A stretch of DNA of 64,000 bases, taken from the NCBI RefSeq assembly GCF_009914755.1, contig NC_060930.1, one strand, 5' to 3'. The DNA is from the human T2T-CHM13v2.0 reference genome, Homo sapiens. The notes under the pieces are model-generated. The model was given only the letters and a program-made list of their open reading frames with translations, ran no database searches and was not told where the DNA came from. This document shows positions 24,669-38,399 of the stretch, in pieces (positions within the stretch are counted from its first letter, which is position 1; each line of letters begins with the position of its first letter). A program made the position numbers and the translations under genes.

Positions 24669-25246
24669 CCTGATGGTTAACATTAGGTATCAACTTGACT
24701 GGATTGAGGAATGCCTAAAAGGCTGGTGAATCATTGTTCCTGGGTATGTCTGTGAGGATGTTTCGAGAGGAAATTGACATTTGAGTCAGCGGACTGAGAG
24801 AAGGAAGATCCACCCTCAATGTGTGTGGGCACCATCCAATCAGCTGCCAGCACAGCTAGAACAAAAGAGCCAAAAGAATGGGGATAAGCAGCTGTGGAGT
24901 CTCTTACTGTCTCTCCCTTCCCATGCCAGATGCTTACTTTCTCTCCTCCCGCCCTTGGACATCAGACTTCAGGTTCTCTGACCTTTTGTACTCTGGGATT
25001 TGCACCAGCAGCCTCCCAGCGGCTCTTGGGCCTTTGGCCTCAGACTGAAGACTACACTGTGGGCTTCCCTGCTTTTGAGGCTTTTGGACTTGGACTGAGC
25101 CCCTACCAGCTTCTGTCTCCCCAGCTTTCAGGCAGGTTACTGTGGGACTTCACCTTGTAACTGTGTGAGCCAATTCTCCCTAATAAACTCCCTTTTATAT
25201 ATACATATATGCTATTAGTTCTGTCTCTCTGCAGAACCCTAATACA
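24669..25246 (+). mobile_element. MLT2A (HERVL) solo LTR
   Basis: tgatggttaa...caacttgactggattgagg...ccctaataaactccc...gaaccctaataca. Confidence 0.9.
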
Positions 25247-26756
25247 ATGGCTTACAACTAAACTCATATTATTTGCCCTTTCCCCATCACCCCCAAGGCC
25301 CCAGTATAACTTTTTCATGCCAGTTACTGAAAACTGCTAAGTTACTAAGTCTTGAAGAAATCCTTGACTTCTCTCTTTTATCTTCTTTCTCCATCTGTTG
25401 GGAAGCTTTTTGGCTCTACTTACAAACTATTTACTGAATTGATAACTTTTTAACCACCTTACCTCTGCCATTCTATTACAAGCCAACCTGACCTCTTTCC
25501 TGGATTATTGTAAGAAATTCCTAATTGCCTCTCAGATTCTATCCTTGACTGCTTGTCTTACTGTATATTTTCAACACAGAAGGCAAAGTTATCCTTTAAA
25601 AGCTTATTCTTATCCTTTGAAAAACGAGTCAGCTTTCTAGTTATAGTAATGATGAAGTTTCTTGTATTGGACTAGCCTTCCTGCAGATAGCAATTATAAA
25701 TCCTAGACAAAATATTTTTTGTAAAGCTATTTGAAGGCACTGGAGGGCAATCAAAACTAGGCAGACACTGAACAATATTTGACACTGAAAAAAGGAAACC
25801 ATGCTGGGTGACAGCCACATTTACAATGAGGGGAAATACCCAATCAATGAGTGGTGCAATTGGATACAACTAAGCAGAAGGCACAGTTTTATCAACCTGT
25901 GATGTTAGAGGACAGAGTTAGAGGCTAACAGAGTGAGTAGAAATTAATGAGAGAAAGTCCAGAAATGAAGGAGCCACAGAAACAGGATACCAAAAATCTT
26001 TAATTTAACTGCCCTCAATCCTTTGTGTCATTTTCTGAAATTTATATATAGGGCATACTCTAAGGAGTCCAGGGGAAATACAAACTTAAAGGATAAAACA
26101 GCTAAGCATAGATTTCAGCCATTGCCTCTTGGTGGGATGACAGTGTTTGGAGTTTGAATCCTGATTGATAAACACCTCAGACTTTCAGTAAAACCCATGA
26201 AATACTCCATATTAGATGTAAATACTGTGTTTGTTGATTAAGGGCTATAGTTTAAGTGTAGGAATAAAGGTGAAGCAGATTGACTCTAACAAAATATAAA
26301 ATAAAGTCTTCAAAAATTCAATGTGATTAGTCAACAATTTAACTGGCTGCCAGAAAAAGCAAACAAATGAACAAGCAAACAGACAAACTAACAAAAGCAC
26401 CACTTCTGACAGGAAGTTAATAGAAACCAGAGTCTCTATCCATAATATCAAGTGTGCAAGAAGGATTCATTAGATATATGAAAATATAGGAAAATGTGAG
26501 CCATCCTCAAGAACAGAAGAAATTAACATACCATGAAAATTAGTAGACAATTAACAGTAAAGGACTTTAAAGCATCTATCATAAGGACTTAATTTAAAAG
26601 ATGACTATAATAAGTGAACAGATGGTGAGTCTCTGTAGAGAAATGAAAACTATAAGAAAATCAAATAGAAATTCTAGAAATAAAAAATTTAGCATCCAAA
26701 ATAAAAAAGTTCCATGGATGAATTTAGCAGCAGATTGAAGCCAGCAGATAAAAAGC

Positions 26757-27302
26757 TGTGGTAGGCAGAATAATGCCGGCCCCTTCCCTCTGCCAAAGAT
26801 GTCTACACCGTAATCTCTGGAACCTGTGCATATGTTACTTTACATGGAAAATGGAATTTTGCAGAAGGAATTCAGGTTGTCAACTTTAAAGTAGAGACAT
26901 TATCCTGGATTATCACATGGACCCTGAAAAGTGGAAGTAGGTCAAAGATTTGAGATAATGGAAAAGGGCAGGAGAGATTTGAAGTGCTGAGAGAGACATG
27001 ACCTTCTGTTGCTTGTTTAGAAGCTGAGGAAGTCACATGCCAAAGCTGGCCCTCAGCTACAGTCAGCAAAGAAACAGGAATGTCAGTTTCACAAAATCTG
27101 GAGTCCACCAACAACCTGAATGTGCAAGAAAACAGATTCTTACCTGGAGCTCTCAGAAAGAAGTACTGCCTTCCCAATTCCTTGGTTTAGCTCAGTAGAA
27201 ACTGTGTCAGATTTCTGTTCTACAAAACTATAACAAACTTTTGTGGATTTAAGCCTCTAAATTTGTGGCAATTTGTTATGGCATCAATTGAAAACTAATA
27301 CA
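26757..27302 (+). mobile_element. MLT1D-like solo LTR
   Basis: tgtggtaggcagaataatg...tatgttactttacatgg...atttgttatggcatcaattgaaaactaataca. Confidence 0.85.
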
Positions 27303-28734
27303 AAGGAGTCAGTAAACATCAAAATAGATAAATATAAAGAGAAAGAAGCAAACAAAAATTACTTTAAAATATATTGGCCCCAAATTTTTCAAGTTTGGTG
27401 AACAACATACATTTATAGATCCAAGAAGCCTAGATAACTCCCAGCAAGATAAACACAAAGTAAACTACACCTAAGCACATCATGGTAAAACTTTAGAAAA
27501 TAAAAGATAAAGGCAAAATACTGAAAGCTGTCGGAGGAAAGAGGTCATCACATATAAGGGAACAATTATACAAATGATGGCTGAATTATCATCAGAACAT
27601 TGAAGACCAGAGGACAATGAAGACACTTTACCCTTTCAATAAATGATAATAGAGCAACTAATCGGATAAATACATGGGAAAAAATGAATCTTAGCTTCAC
27701 CTTACACTACACACAGAAACAAATTCAAGAAGGATTATAGCCCTAAATTATAAGATTAAAACAATAAATCTCTTAGAAAAATATATAAAGAATATTTTTG
27801 TGACCTAGGTATAGGCAAAAGCTGCTTAGAGAACACAAATGCACTAAACTTGAAAGAAGTAATCATAAATTAGACTTCATTAAAATATTTAAGAATTATT
27901 TTTTTTTTTGCACCAATAAAAGAGGGAAAGCCAGACTATGGGCAGAAGAAAAGATATTAAAAATACATATGTTCAACGACAGAACTGTATTCAGAATATT
28001 TAAAGAATTCCTCCAAATCCATAAGAAGAAGACAAATAGTCCATTAAGGTGGGTAAATGAATTGAATAGATCTCACAAAAGAAGATATAGGATGGCCCAG
28101 AAGTATGTGAGAAGATACTGAATATCACATTATCTGGGAAATGAAAATTAAAACCAAAATGATATACCATATACATAAATCAGAATTTTTTTCCCACAAC
28201 ATAGATAATATCCAGTGCTGGCAAGCGTATGAAGTAAGTGGAACTCATATACTGCTGGTGGCAGGGTAATGTAGTACAACTACTTTAGAAAATTTATTTG
28301 TGGTTTCTTAAAAAGTTAAACATATAATAATCACTTAGCAATTCCACTCCTAGATATTTACTCAAGAGAAATGGAAACATGTGTCTTTAAAATGTCTTGT
28401 ACAAGAATGTTCATAGCAGCTTTACTTTTAATCACCAAAAACCAGAAATAACTCTTATGTTCATCAATGGGAATACAAATAACAAATTATGGTGTATTAG
28501 TACAATGAAATACCACTTAGCGCTAAAAGAAAGTCAGTTTTGGATACAGACAACAATATAGATGAATCTGAAAAAGATTATATTAAGTGAATAAAGCTAG
28601 CTAAAATTCATATACTGTTTGATTTTATTTACATGAATAATTACACAAGAATCTATGTTGAAAGACATCAGAAAAATAGTTGCTTAGAGAGGTGGAGATG
28701 GACTGAACAAAGGATGACGTTCTGAGTGATGGAA

Positions 28735-29033
28735 TTTTTTTTTCTTTTTTTTTGAGATGAAGTCTCACTCTTGTCACCCAGGCTGGAGTGCAGTGGCACA
28801 ATCTTGGCTCACTGCAATCTCCACCTCCCAGATTTGAGCTATTCTGCCTCAGCCTCCCTGAGTAGCTGGGATTACAGGTGCCTGCCACCAGGCCCGGCTA
28901 ATGTTTATATTTTTAGTAGAGACGGGGTTTCATCATGTTGGCCAGGCTGGTCTTGAACTCCTGACCTCAGGCAATCTGCCTGCCTTGGCCTCCCAAAGTG
29001 CTGGGATTACAGGCAGGAGCCACTGCCCTGGCC
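28735..29033 (-). mobile_element. AluS (Sx/Sq-like)
   Basis: Antisense dimeric Alu, ggccaggctggtcttgaactcctgacctcagg. Confidence 0.92.
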
Positions 29034-29244
29034 AGAAGTGTTTTATATCATATTTGGGAAAGTTTTTATTTGAATATTTGCATTTGTGAACAATTATTAA
29101 ATTGTATATTTCAACTTGCATTTAGCTGCATAATATTTACCTTAATTTAATAAACAATAGCAAAAATTCATCTGCTTAACATTTCCCTTGATTTAATAAA
29201 CAAAGAAAAAACTAACATCAATCTTCTGTTAAAAATGCCATGAT

Positions 29245-29319
29245 CTTGCAGCAAACCACCATGGCACATGTATACCTGTGTAGCAAACCTGCAAGTTCTG
29301 CACAAGTATCCCAGAACTC

Positions 29320-29353
<34 letters not shown>
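29245..29353 (+). mobile_element. Extremely 5'-truncated L1PA7/8-like insertion
   Basis: gcagcaaaccaccatggcacatgtatacc...cccagaactcaaagt + pure poly(A); TSD aaaaatgc(c/t)atgat. Confidence 0.9.
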
Positions 29354-29355
<2 letters not shown>

Positions 29356-29839
29356 CTATGATGGCTCCCCATTTCATCCAGTCAAAGCCAAACAAAATAA
29401 ATAATAATTATCTTGACAACTCTGCTCTGGTATATTTACTAAAAAACAAAACAAAGCAAACAAATCTTTCTCCAATAAGATTTAAGAGAAAATTGTTCCC
29501 TTTAATTACACATGCATCTGGTACCACTTGGAAGAAGAAAAGGAAGAATCAACAATAGCATAATATTTACTTTATCATTTTGGGAGCAGAAATGTCATAT
29601 GACGGTATATACACTCACCCACATACACCTTTCTTGATGAAAAACTTAAATTGGAGCTTCAAATAGCACGTATCTGGTTTTTTAATGAGAGTTTTTATTT
29701 TATAACCTTCAGTCAAAAAGTGTCCAATATCAAGAAATGTTTTTCAGATGGATTCTCATGAGGCACTTGGATCCAGGTCATTCTCTTTCAGTTCTGCAAA
29801 TTATTCCACTAGAACTTCTGTACCAACTATAACCTAAAG

Positions 29840-29935
29840 TTCCTTCCTTCCTTCCTTCTTTCTTCACTCCCTCCGTCCCTTCCTCCCTCCCTCCCTCCCT
29901 CCTTCTTTACTTCCTCTCTCATTCCTTCCTTCCTC
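29840..29935. repeat. (CCTT)/(CCCT) polypyrimidine simple repeat at an L2 tail
   Basis: Seen directly; followed by antisense L2 caaatatttatcaag to about 30165. Confidence 0.8.
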
Positions 29936-30167
29936 CACCAAATATTTATCAAGAGATATACTGCAATACTGGGAAGATTAGAAATATGTGGTTCCTACCA
30001 ATGAGGAACTCAAGATAAATGAGCAAAGTAGATATGTAAATATACAATTATACCATAAATTAATATTGTAAAACAGATGTATATGTATATATATATATTC
30101 TAATCACAGTGGAAATGACTAACTTTGAAGCAAGTGGAAATCTGTTGGGCCACTTAAAAAGGAATAT

Positions 30168-30266
30168 GACTAAACATCATACAATGCACAGGACAATCTC
30201 CCCCTTCCCCTATGACAATAAATTATCATGTCTAAAATATCAATAGCATTAAGAATGAGAAACTGT
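30168..30266 (+). mobile_element. MER20 3' half
   Basis: ctaaacatcatacaatgcacaggacaatc...aaaatatcaatag...tgagaaac. Confidence 0.7.
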
Positions 30267-30479
30267 ATGTCATTTAGACAGTTTGTTGGGATTTTCTGAT
30301 TATTTTTCTTCTGTATATGCCCCAAACCTCTCTAGATCATTCTATATTTTGTTTTGCTGGTGAGTGTTAATATTTTATCTTTGAATATTTTGTAGTATCT
30401 TCTTTATGATCAAGGGATATGTAGCTAGAGATGAAAAAAATTATTAATGCTTGGATAGTTCCTCACTATATATAAAGCC

Positions 30480-30635
30480 TTCTCACAAGATATTTCACAA
30501 TGTACTACTGAGGACAGTAAACGTTTTATAAGTGAGAGGACTGTAGCTAAGAAAAATCACAATAGTTTACACATTCAGGGACTTTAGATTGAAACTGAAG
30601 TCTTTTGATTCCAAGTCTCATTTCCTTTCCACTGT
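30480..30635 (-). mobile_element. MIR
   Basis: ttttataagtgagaggactg...gtcttttgattccaagtctcatttcctttccactg. Confidence 0.55.
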
Positions 30636-30828
30636 TGTCTTTGAAATTCCAGGTGTTAGCGATTTAGTACTGTACAAAGAAATTAAAAAAAGAGTTAAGA
30701 TGACAGAATACACCTTAGTTTCCATTCAGAAATTATTATCCTGTTCCAAATCAAAAGAGAGTAAAATGAAATAAAAATTAACTGCAATGTCTGTATTGTT
30801 GACTGGAAAAGTTTGCTATAAAGTTGGC

Positions 30829-31815
<987 letters not shown>

Positions 31816-31844
31816 TAATGGCAATGAAGGCTCAGAAAGGGACA

Positions 31845-31990
31845 AGTATTTGTGTCTACTAAATGACAAGAAGGCATTATGATAGATATTTGGGATACAA
31901 AGATGGATGATTTCAAGAAGCTGTGAGTCTTGTGTCAAAACAGCAAATTAAACAGAAATTACAAAATGGAGTCACAAGTGCTATAGCCTA
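31845..31990 (-). mobile_element. L2 3' fragment
   Basis: caagtatttgtgtctact...tgggatacaaagatg. Confidence 0.5.
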
Positions 31991-32539
31991 AGTAGCTCTA
32001 CTCTGCCTTTTCCTAAGCAAGGCTGCATTCTCTGCATTCATCTGACCTCCCAAAGGAGAGCAGAGGATTCTCCACTTTAGCACGTTGCCTTGGGCCTTAG
32101 CCTTGTCCGTTATTCCTGGTTGCTATTTTCCCTAGGAGGTGGAATGTCAAAATGGTCACATCCTCAGCCCATTGACTTGTTTTTACTCAGCTTATGACTT
32201 GCGTTTGCCACAGGAGAAGAATCAAGATACATAGCTTAAAATTATGATTATGGGGTGTATTATTCCAGACTTTTGACACCAACTGTACTGCAACTTTAGT
32301 ACCTGACACTGAGAGAACCATTCTGTTCATTAGAAAAAGTCTGGCATCTCACCCAGTGTTTTCAATAGGGCAGGAGAAAGGAATGGCTCAGTAAAGGAGC
32401 ATATCAGAATTTCTGTCTCCTGGAGAGAGAAAATGTGGTGCTCCTACCCCTATCCATATCTGCTATCACTGTGCGTCAAGAGAGGTATTGCTGATATGGT
32501 TATGGGAGAGGGAACATGGAAAAATATATATTGAAACTC

Positions 32540-32775
32540 ACTGATCTAGACTAAAATTCTCATTTTATAGATAAGTAAAGTAAGACCCACAAAAGTAAAA
32601 TATCTTTACCAAGATTATTCAACTATTAGGTTGAACTCTGTGAAATTAAAACTTTTACAGGTAAAAAATTTGTCTGATATTGATAATTTCATGTGGTCCA
32701 AAATAATAACGGCATGATGGTGAGAAGCCTGATCTTCATATTTCTAGGGAAGATATTTCCTAGTAGACCATGCTT
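32540..32775 (-). mobile_element. MIR interrupted by MADE2
   Basis: ctcattttatagataagtaaag...accaagat. Confidence 0.55.
32626..32706. mobile_element. MADE2 (mariner MITE)
   Basis: TA|ttaggttgaactctgtgaaatt...aatttcatgtggtccaaaataa|TA, palindromic and about 80 bp. Confidence 0.8.
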
Positions 32776-34554
32776 TTTGCTTGCGATAGAAAGCAAAGTA
32801 CTTTCTGGAAGGTTCTTCAGTGGCATGTCCTCTGTTTAATTTGAACATTTCCATTACAGCCCTCACATCTGGCCACACGCATTGTGTAGAGCACAATTTC
32901 AGGAGGCACTTTTTGCATATTCTATGACACTACAGTACAATCAGCAGAATCATTACCTTACATTTGAAAAAAAATATTACATCCATACTCTTTCGAACTT
33001 GTTTCTTTTCCTAGGTATCTAACGCCAATATTCACAAATTATTTCTACAATCATTTTTTCATTCTATTGTACCCTCCAAATCTCTTCAGATTTCTTCCTT
33101 TTTGATATTCTTTTCTCACTATCCCTTGTGGCCTACTCATTGCCTTTCCACTGGTAGCTTGTTTCACATAGCTCTATATCTTTCCCTTCCTCCAGACTGA
33201 GGATCGTCTCATATTCCCTTACTCTTTTCTCCTTGATCAATGTCATCAAAGTAATTCCTCACTCCACCTAACTTTAAATTTACAGATTAATTCATTTGTG
33301 TAAGATAGCTCTTGTCTTAAGTGCAGAAGCAGAAACACAAAGCAAGTCACATAAGAATGGGATCACTGTGTGTATTTTTTCCTTAGATATTTTTGAATAT
33401 GTAGATGATTGGATATGATTTGAATCATATTTGAAACGCTTTTCTTATTTTATTTTTATATATACATTGGCTGGACTGATATGTTCCCAGATAGTATTCC
33501 AGAAGAAGTGAGGGAGAGAAGAAAACATACAGTGTGGTCCAAAAGAGGCAGGGTCTAGAAAAATACTGAAGAAACTTAATTATGTGGAAGAAAGATCAGC
33601 AAGCATTCAGGGCCTTTAACTCATTCTGGCAACAGCTTTCATCCGTAGCTACGATGCCCACATTAGCTTTAGCCCACATCCAAGTCCCTGTTATTCATCT
33701 CTAATTCTGACATACATTCTCATATTTAAGTTTGTTTTGGGTGTTCAAATGGTATTTGAAAAAAAAACCTAAAAAGCAAGTAAACTTGAGTACAATTTTG
33801 ATCTTCTATCTTCTGTTATTTCTGTATTTCACTCTATTTCTGGGTTAAACCACTAGAATTTTTTTGCATCAAAAGTAGGACCAAGTTGATGTTTTATTGA
33901 TTTAGAAATGCTATGCTGTCTCAGACTTTACATGCTATGCTTTGACAGTCTGACTGCTGGGTGCTGGATGGCAGCACTAAGCCTTCATAACACTCTCGGT
34001 GGTCAAAGGGTTGCAGCTCTTTTGTTGCTGCTGTTTGCTTATCATTTTTTCCTGACTAGGAAGTCAATATAAATAGATACATATATTTTATTTCAGGTTA
34101 CAAATTACAGTCTGGAAATCATTTTGTAAGATATGGTTTATTCATTTTTCTTTTTTTCTTCCTCTCATCAAGATCCAGCATAGATAACAAACATTTGGAA
34201 AGAATGAGCACTGGAGAAAGAAAATAAGCATAAATTGTATAATATTATCTAAACATGTCCTTGTGCATTGCTAGCTACTTTTATGATAACTTTTGTTTTA
34301 GTCCATGGATTTATTAGCATTTACTAATTGAATGTTCAGTTCTAATGCTTTATTTTTATCAGAATTTTACCTATGTTTCTTTCACTATGGAAAACATGCT
34401 TTCTTAAATTTTCTACTTTAGCAGTAGGACTCAAAATGCCATGGGAAAGGAAAAAGAATACTGAGAAGGACACTACATAAAAGGAGATTCCAGCTGGCAC
34501 ATTGTTCAATAACATATAGATTAAGATGACCAGACATACTGGCTTGTCTATACC

Positions 34555-35050
34555 AATTTCAACTCAATTCACTTCAGCAAATAGCTTTTTAATGGTCTAA
34601 AAATTATAAGAGATTGGACTAGACTCAGCAGGAAATAAACAGATGAGTACACTTCTCTTAAATAGTTTAGTTGAGGTTGAGAGAGGCAATAAGACCTGTA
34701 CATAAGTAACAATAAGAGGTAAGAGTAAAAATGGGTTTCGTTGAAGAGTTACCAGTGCAGTGCAGCAATGTGAACAGGCCAAACAGGAGATGTCATTCCT
34801 TTAGGGCCAAGAGAGTAATTAAACCTTCATGGAGGGAGCTCTTTTTGAAGTGAATTTTGCAGGTGATAAAGTTTTTAAAAGCGGAATAAGAAGGAAAGTC
34901 ACTTCAGGAGGAGGGAAAAGTGTGAACCAAATGCAGTTATAATTTGGAGGACAACTAGGGGCTTATGGAGGCTTTTCATAGATTTTGGAGTGGTGAGTTA
35001 GAAAAACTATCTTGACAGTGATATGGAAGACGAAGTTCAGACAAACATGT
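34555..35050 (-). mobile_element. L2 fragment
   Basis: caattcacttcagcaaata...cttcatggaggga...caggaggagggaaaagtgtgaaccaaa. Confidence 0.55.
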
Positions 35051-35084
35051 CAGCAGATCCCATAGGATTCTATGGGTCTGGTCT

Positions 35085-35205
35085 GGTCTTTTCTTTTCTT
35101 TTCTTCTTTTCTCTTCTCTTCTCTTCTCTCTTTCTCTCTCTTCTCCTTTCTTTCTTTTCTTTTCTTCTTTTCTGTTCTCTTTTCTCTTCTTTTTTTTTTC
35201 TTTTT
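35085..35205. repeat. CT-rich low-complexity tract
   Basis: About 120 nt that is almost entirely C/T. Confidence 0.85.
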
Positions 35206-35248
35206 TGGCTTAGGTGAAATATAACAAAGGCTTAATATAAATCTCTTT

Positions 35249-38105
35249 AAACAACAAAAGGGAAGTTACCACTGATCCCACAGAAATAAAAACAACCATC
35301 AGAGACTACTATGAACAACTCTATGCACACAAACTAGAAAATCTAGAAGAAATGGAGAAATTTCTGGACACATACAGCCTCCCAAGACGTAACCAGGAAG
35401 AAATTGATTCCCTGAACAGACCAATGACAAGATCTGAAATTGAGTCATTAATAAATAGCCTACGAATCAAATAAAAGCCCAGAACCAGATGGATTCACAT
35501 CTGAATTTTACCAGAAGTACAAAGAAGAGCTGGTAACATTTCTATGGAAACTATTCCAAAAACTTGAGGAGGCCCTCTTCTCCACACATTCTATGAGGCC
35601 AGCATCATCCTGATACCAAAAGCTGGCAGAGACACAACAAAAAAAGAAAACTTCAGGCCAATATCCTTGATGACCATTGATACAAAAATACTCAACAAAG
35701 TGCTTGCAAACCAAATCCAGCAGCACATTAAAAAGTTAATCCACCACGATCAAGTAGGCTTCATTCCTGGGATACAAGGTTGGCTCAACATATGAAAATG
35801 AATAAATGTGATTCATTACACAAACAGAACTAAAAACAAAAACCACAAGACTACCTCAATAGATGCAGAAAAGGCTTTTGATGAAATTCAACATCTCTTC
35901 ATGTTAAAAACCCTGAACTAAGTAGGTATTGAAAGAAAATACCTCAAAAGAATAACAGCCATCTATGACAAACTCACAGCCAATATTATACTCAATGGTC
36001 GAAAGCTGGAAGCATTCCCCTTGAAAACTGGCACAAGACAAGCATGCCCTCTCTCTGATTCCTAGCCAATGTAGTACTGTAAGTCCTGGTCAGAGCAATG
36101 AGACAAGAGAAAGAAATAAAGAAATAGGAAGAGAGAAAGTCAAAGTATCCCTGTTTGTAGGCGACATGATTCTATATCTAGAAAACCCCACAGTCTCTGT
36201 CCCAAAGCTCCTTGATCTGATAAACAACTTCAGCTAAGTTACAGGATACAAAATCAATGTAAAAAAATCACTAGCATTCCTGTACAACAACAATTCCTAT
36301 ACTACAACATCAGCCAAGCTGAAAGACAAATCAGGAATGTAATCCCATTCACAATTGCCACAAAAAGAATAAAATACTTAGGAATACAGCTAACCAGGGA
36401 GGTGGAAGGTATGTACAATGAGAATTACAAAGCCACTGCCCAAAGAAAACAGAGATGACACAAACAAATGGAAAAACATTCTATGTTCATGCTCATGGAT
36501 AGGAAAAATAAGTATCATTAAAATGGCCATGCTGCCCAAAGCAATTTACAGATTCAATGCTATTCATATCAAACTACCAATGACATCCTTCACAGAACTA
36601 GAAAAAACTATTTGAAAATTCATATGGAAACAAAAAAGAGCCCAAATAGCCAAGGCAATCCTAAGCAAAAAGAACAAAACTGAAGGCATCAAATTACCCA
36701 ACTTCAAACTATTCTACAGGATTATTAGTAACTACAACAGCATGGTACTGGTACAAAAAGAGACACATAGACCAATGGAACACAAGAGAGCCCAGAAATA
36801 AGGCCACAAACCTGCAACTATCTCATCTGCAACAAATCTGACAAAAACAAGCAATGGGGAAAGGATTCCTTATTCAATAAATGGTGCTGAGATAACTGGC
36901 TAGCCATATGCAGAAGAATGAAACTGGACCGCTTCCTTACACCATATACAAAAATAAACTCAAGATGGATTAAAGACTTAAATATAAAACCCCAAACTAG
37001 GAAAACACTGGAAGAAAACTTAGGTAATACCCTTTTGCACATAAGAACAGCCAAAGATTTCATGACAAAGTTGTCAAAAGCAATTGCAACAGAAGCAAAA
37101 GTTCACAAATGGAATCTAAGAACAACTGCATAGCAAAAGAAGCCATCAACAGTGTAAAGAGACAACCTACAGAATGGGAGAAAATTTTTGCAAACTATGC
37201 ATTCAACAAAGGTCTAATATCCAGCATGTATATGGAAACACATTTACAAGAAAAAAATCAACGCCATTAAAAAGTGGGCAAAGGACATGAACTTTTCAAA
37301 ATAAGACATACATGTGGCCAACAAGCATATGAAAAAACACTCAACATCACTAATCATTAGAGACATTCAAATTAAAACCACAATGAGATATCATTTCACA
37401 CCAGTCAGAGTGGCTATTATTAAAAAGTCAAAAAAATAACAGATGCTGGCAAGGTTGTGAAGACAATGAAATGCTTATACACTGTTTGTGGGAGTGTAAA
37501 TTAATTCAACCATTGTGGAAAGCAGTGTGGCAAATCTTCAAAGAGCTAAAAATAGAACTACCATTTGACCCAGCACTCCTGTTACTAAATATATACCCAA
37601 AGAAATATAAATCATTCTATCATAAACACACATGCATGTATATGTTCACTGCAGCACTATTCACAATAGCAAAGACATGGAATCAAACTAAATGCCCATC
37701 AATGACAGATTGAATAAAGAAAATGTGGCAGACACACACCATGGAATACTATGCAGCCATAACAAAAAAGCAATATCATGTCTTTTGCAGGAACATGGAT
37801 GGAGTTGAAGGCCATTATCCCTAGCAAACTAACACAGGAATGGGAAACTAAATACTGCATGTTCTCACTTATAAGTGGGAGCTAAATAATGAGAACTTAT
37901 GAACACAAAGAGAGGAACAACAGACATTGGGGCCTACCAGAGGGTGGAGGGTGAGAGGAGGGAGAGGAGCAGAAAAAGTAACTATTTGCTACTAGGCTTA
38001 GTATCTGGGTGATGAAATAATCTGGACAGCAAACCCCTGTGACACAAGTTTACCTATGTAACAAACCTGCACATGTACTCCTGAACCCAAAATAAAAGCT
38101 TAAGA
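35249..38105 (+). mobile_element. L1PA13-15-like, 5'-truncated (decayed ORF2 RT/C-terminus + 3'UTR)
   Basis: ORF2 peptides at 36418, 36918 and 37471; 3'UTR gagaggagcagaaaaagtaactat...aacaaacctgcacatgtac...aataaaag. Confidence 0.92.
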
Positions 38106-38188
38106 ATATATATATATATATACATATATGTGTGTGTGCATATATATCTCTTATACATATAAAAAGATCTCTCTCTCTCTCTCTCTCT
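38106..38188. repeat. Compound microsatellite (TA)n(TG)n...(TC)n
   Basis: Seen directly at the L1 tail. Confidence 0.85.
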
Positions 38189-38399
38189 GGACCCAAGCTA
38201 CCAACCTACTTATTTACCCTGATGCGTCTTACTATATACTAAGACAATTAGTAAAATCTTAGCAAACTCTAGAATTTGAACAATGGACACAGAATTAGAA
38301 GTGGAAAAATAAAATGGCTGGAAAGAAACAACTCTATGAGAAAAAGCCTTAGGGAGTAAACTGAGAGATAATTGTGTAAGGAATATTTCTCAATTTAGT

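Larger units (their letters stand above)
25632..29166 (+). mobile_element. Old L1M (L1ME-type): 5'UTR/ORF1 remnant joined to the ORF2 end and 3'UTR
   Basis: ORF1-like atagaaattctagaaataaaaa and gatccaagaagc; jumps near 27630 to ttcaataaatg...; gcaattccactcctagatatttactcaagagaaatg. Confidence 0.75.
24040..29395 (+). mobile_element. L2 broken into pieces (24040-24145, 24553-24668, 25250-25631, 29212-29395) by younger insertions
   Basis: Co-linear L2 motifs: catctatgtgcggataac / ctccagccagacatctccactgagctccagac / cctggattattgtaag / atggctccccatttc. Confidence 0.7.

Noticed and set aside
32857-32930. MER91-like fragment
   Set aside because: Too short and diverged to support confidently
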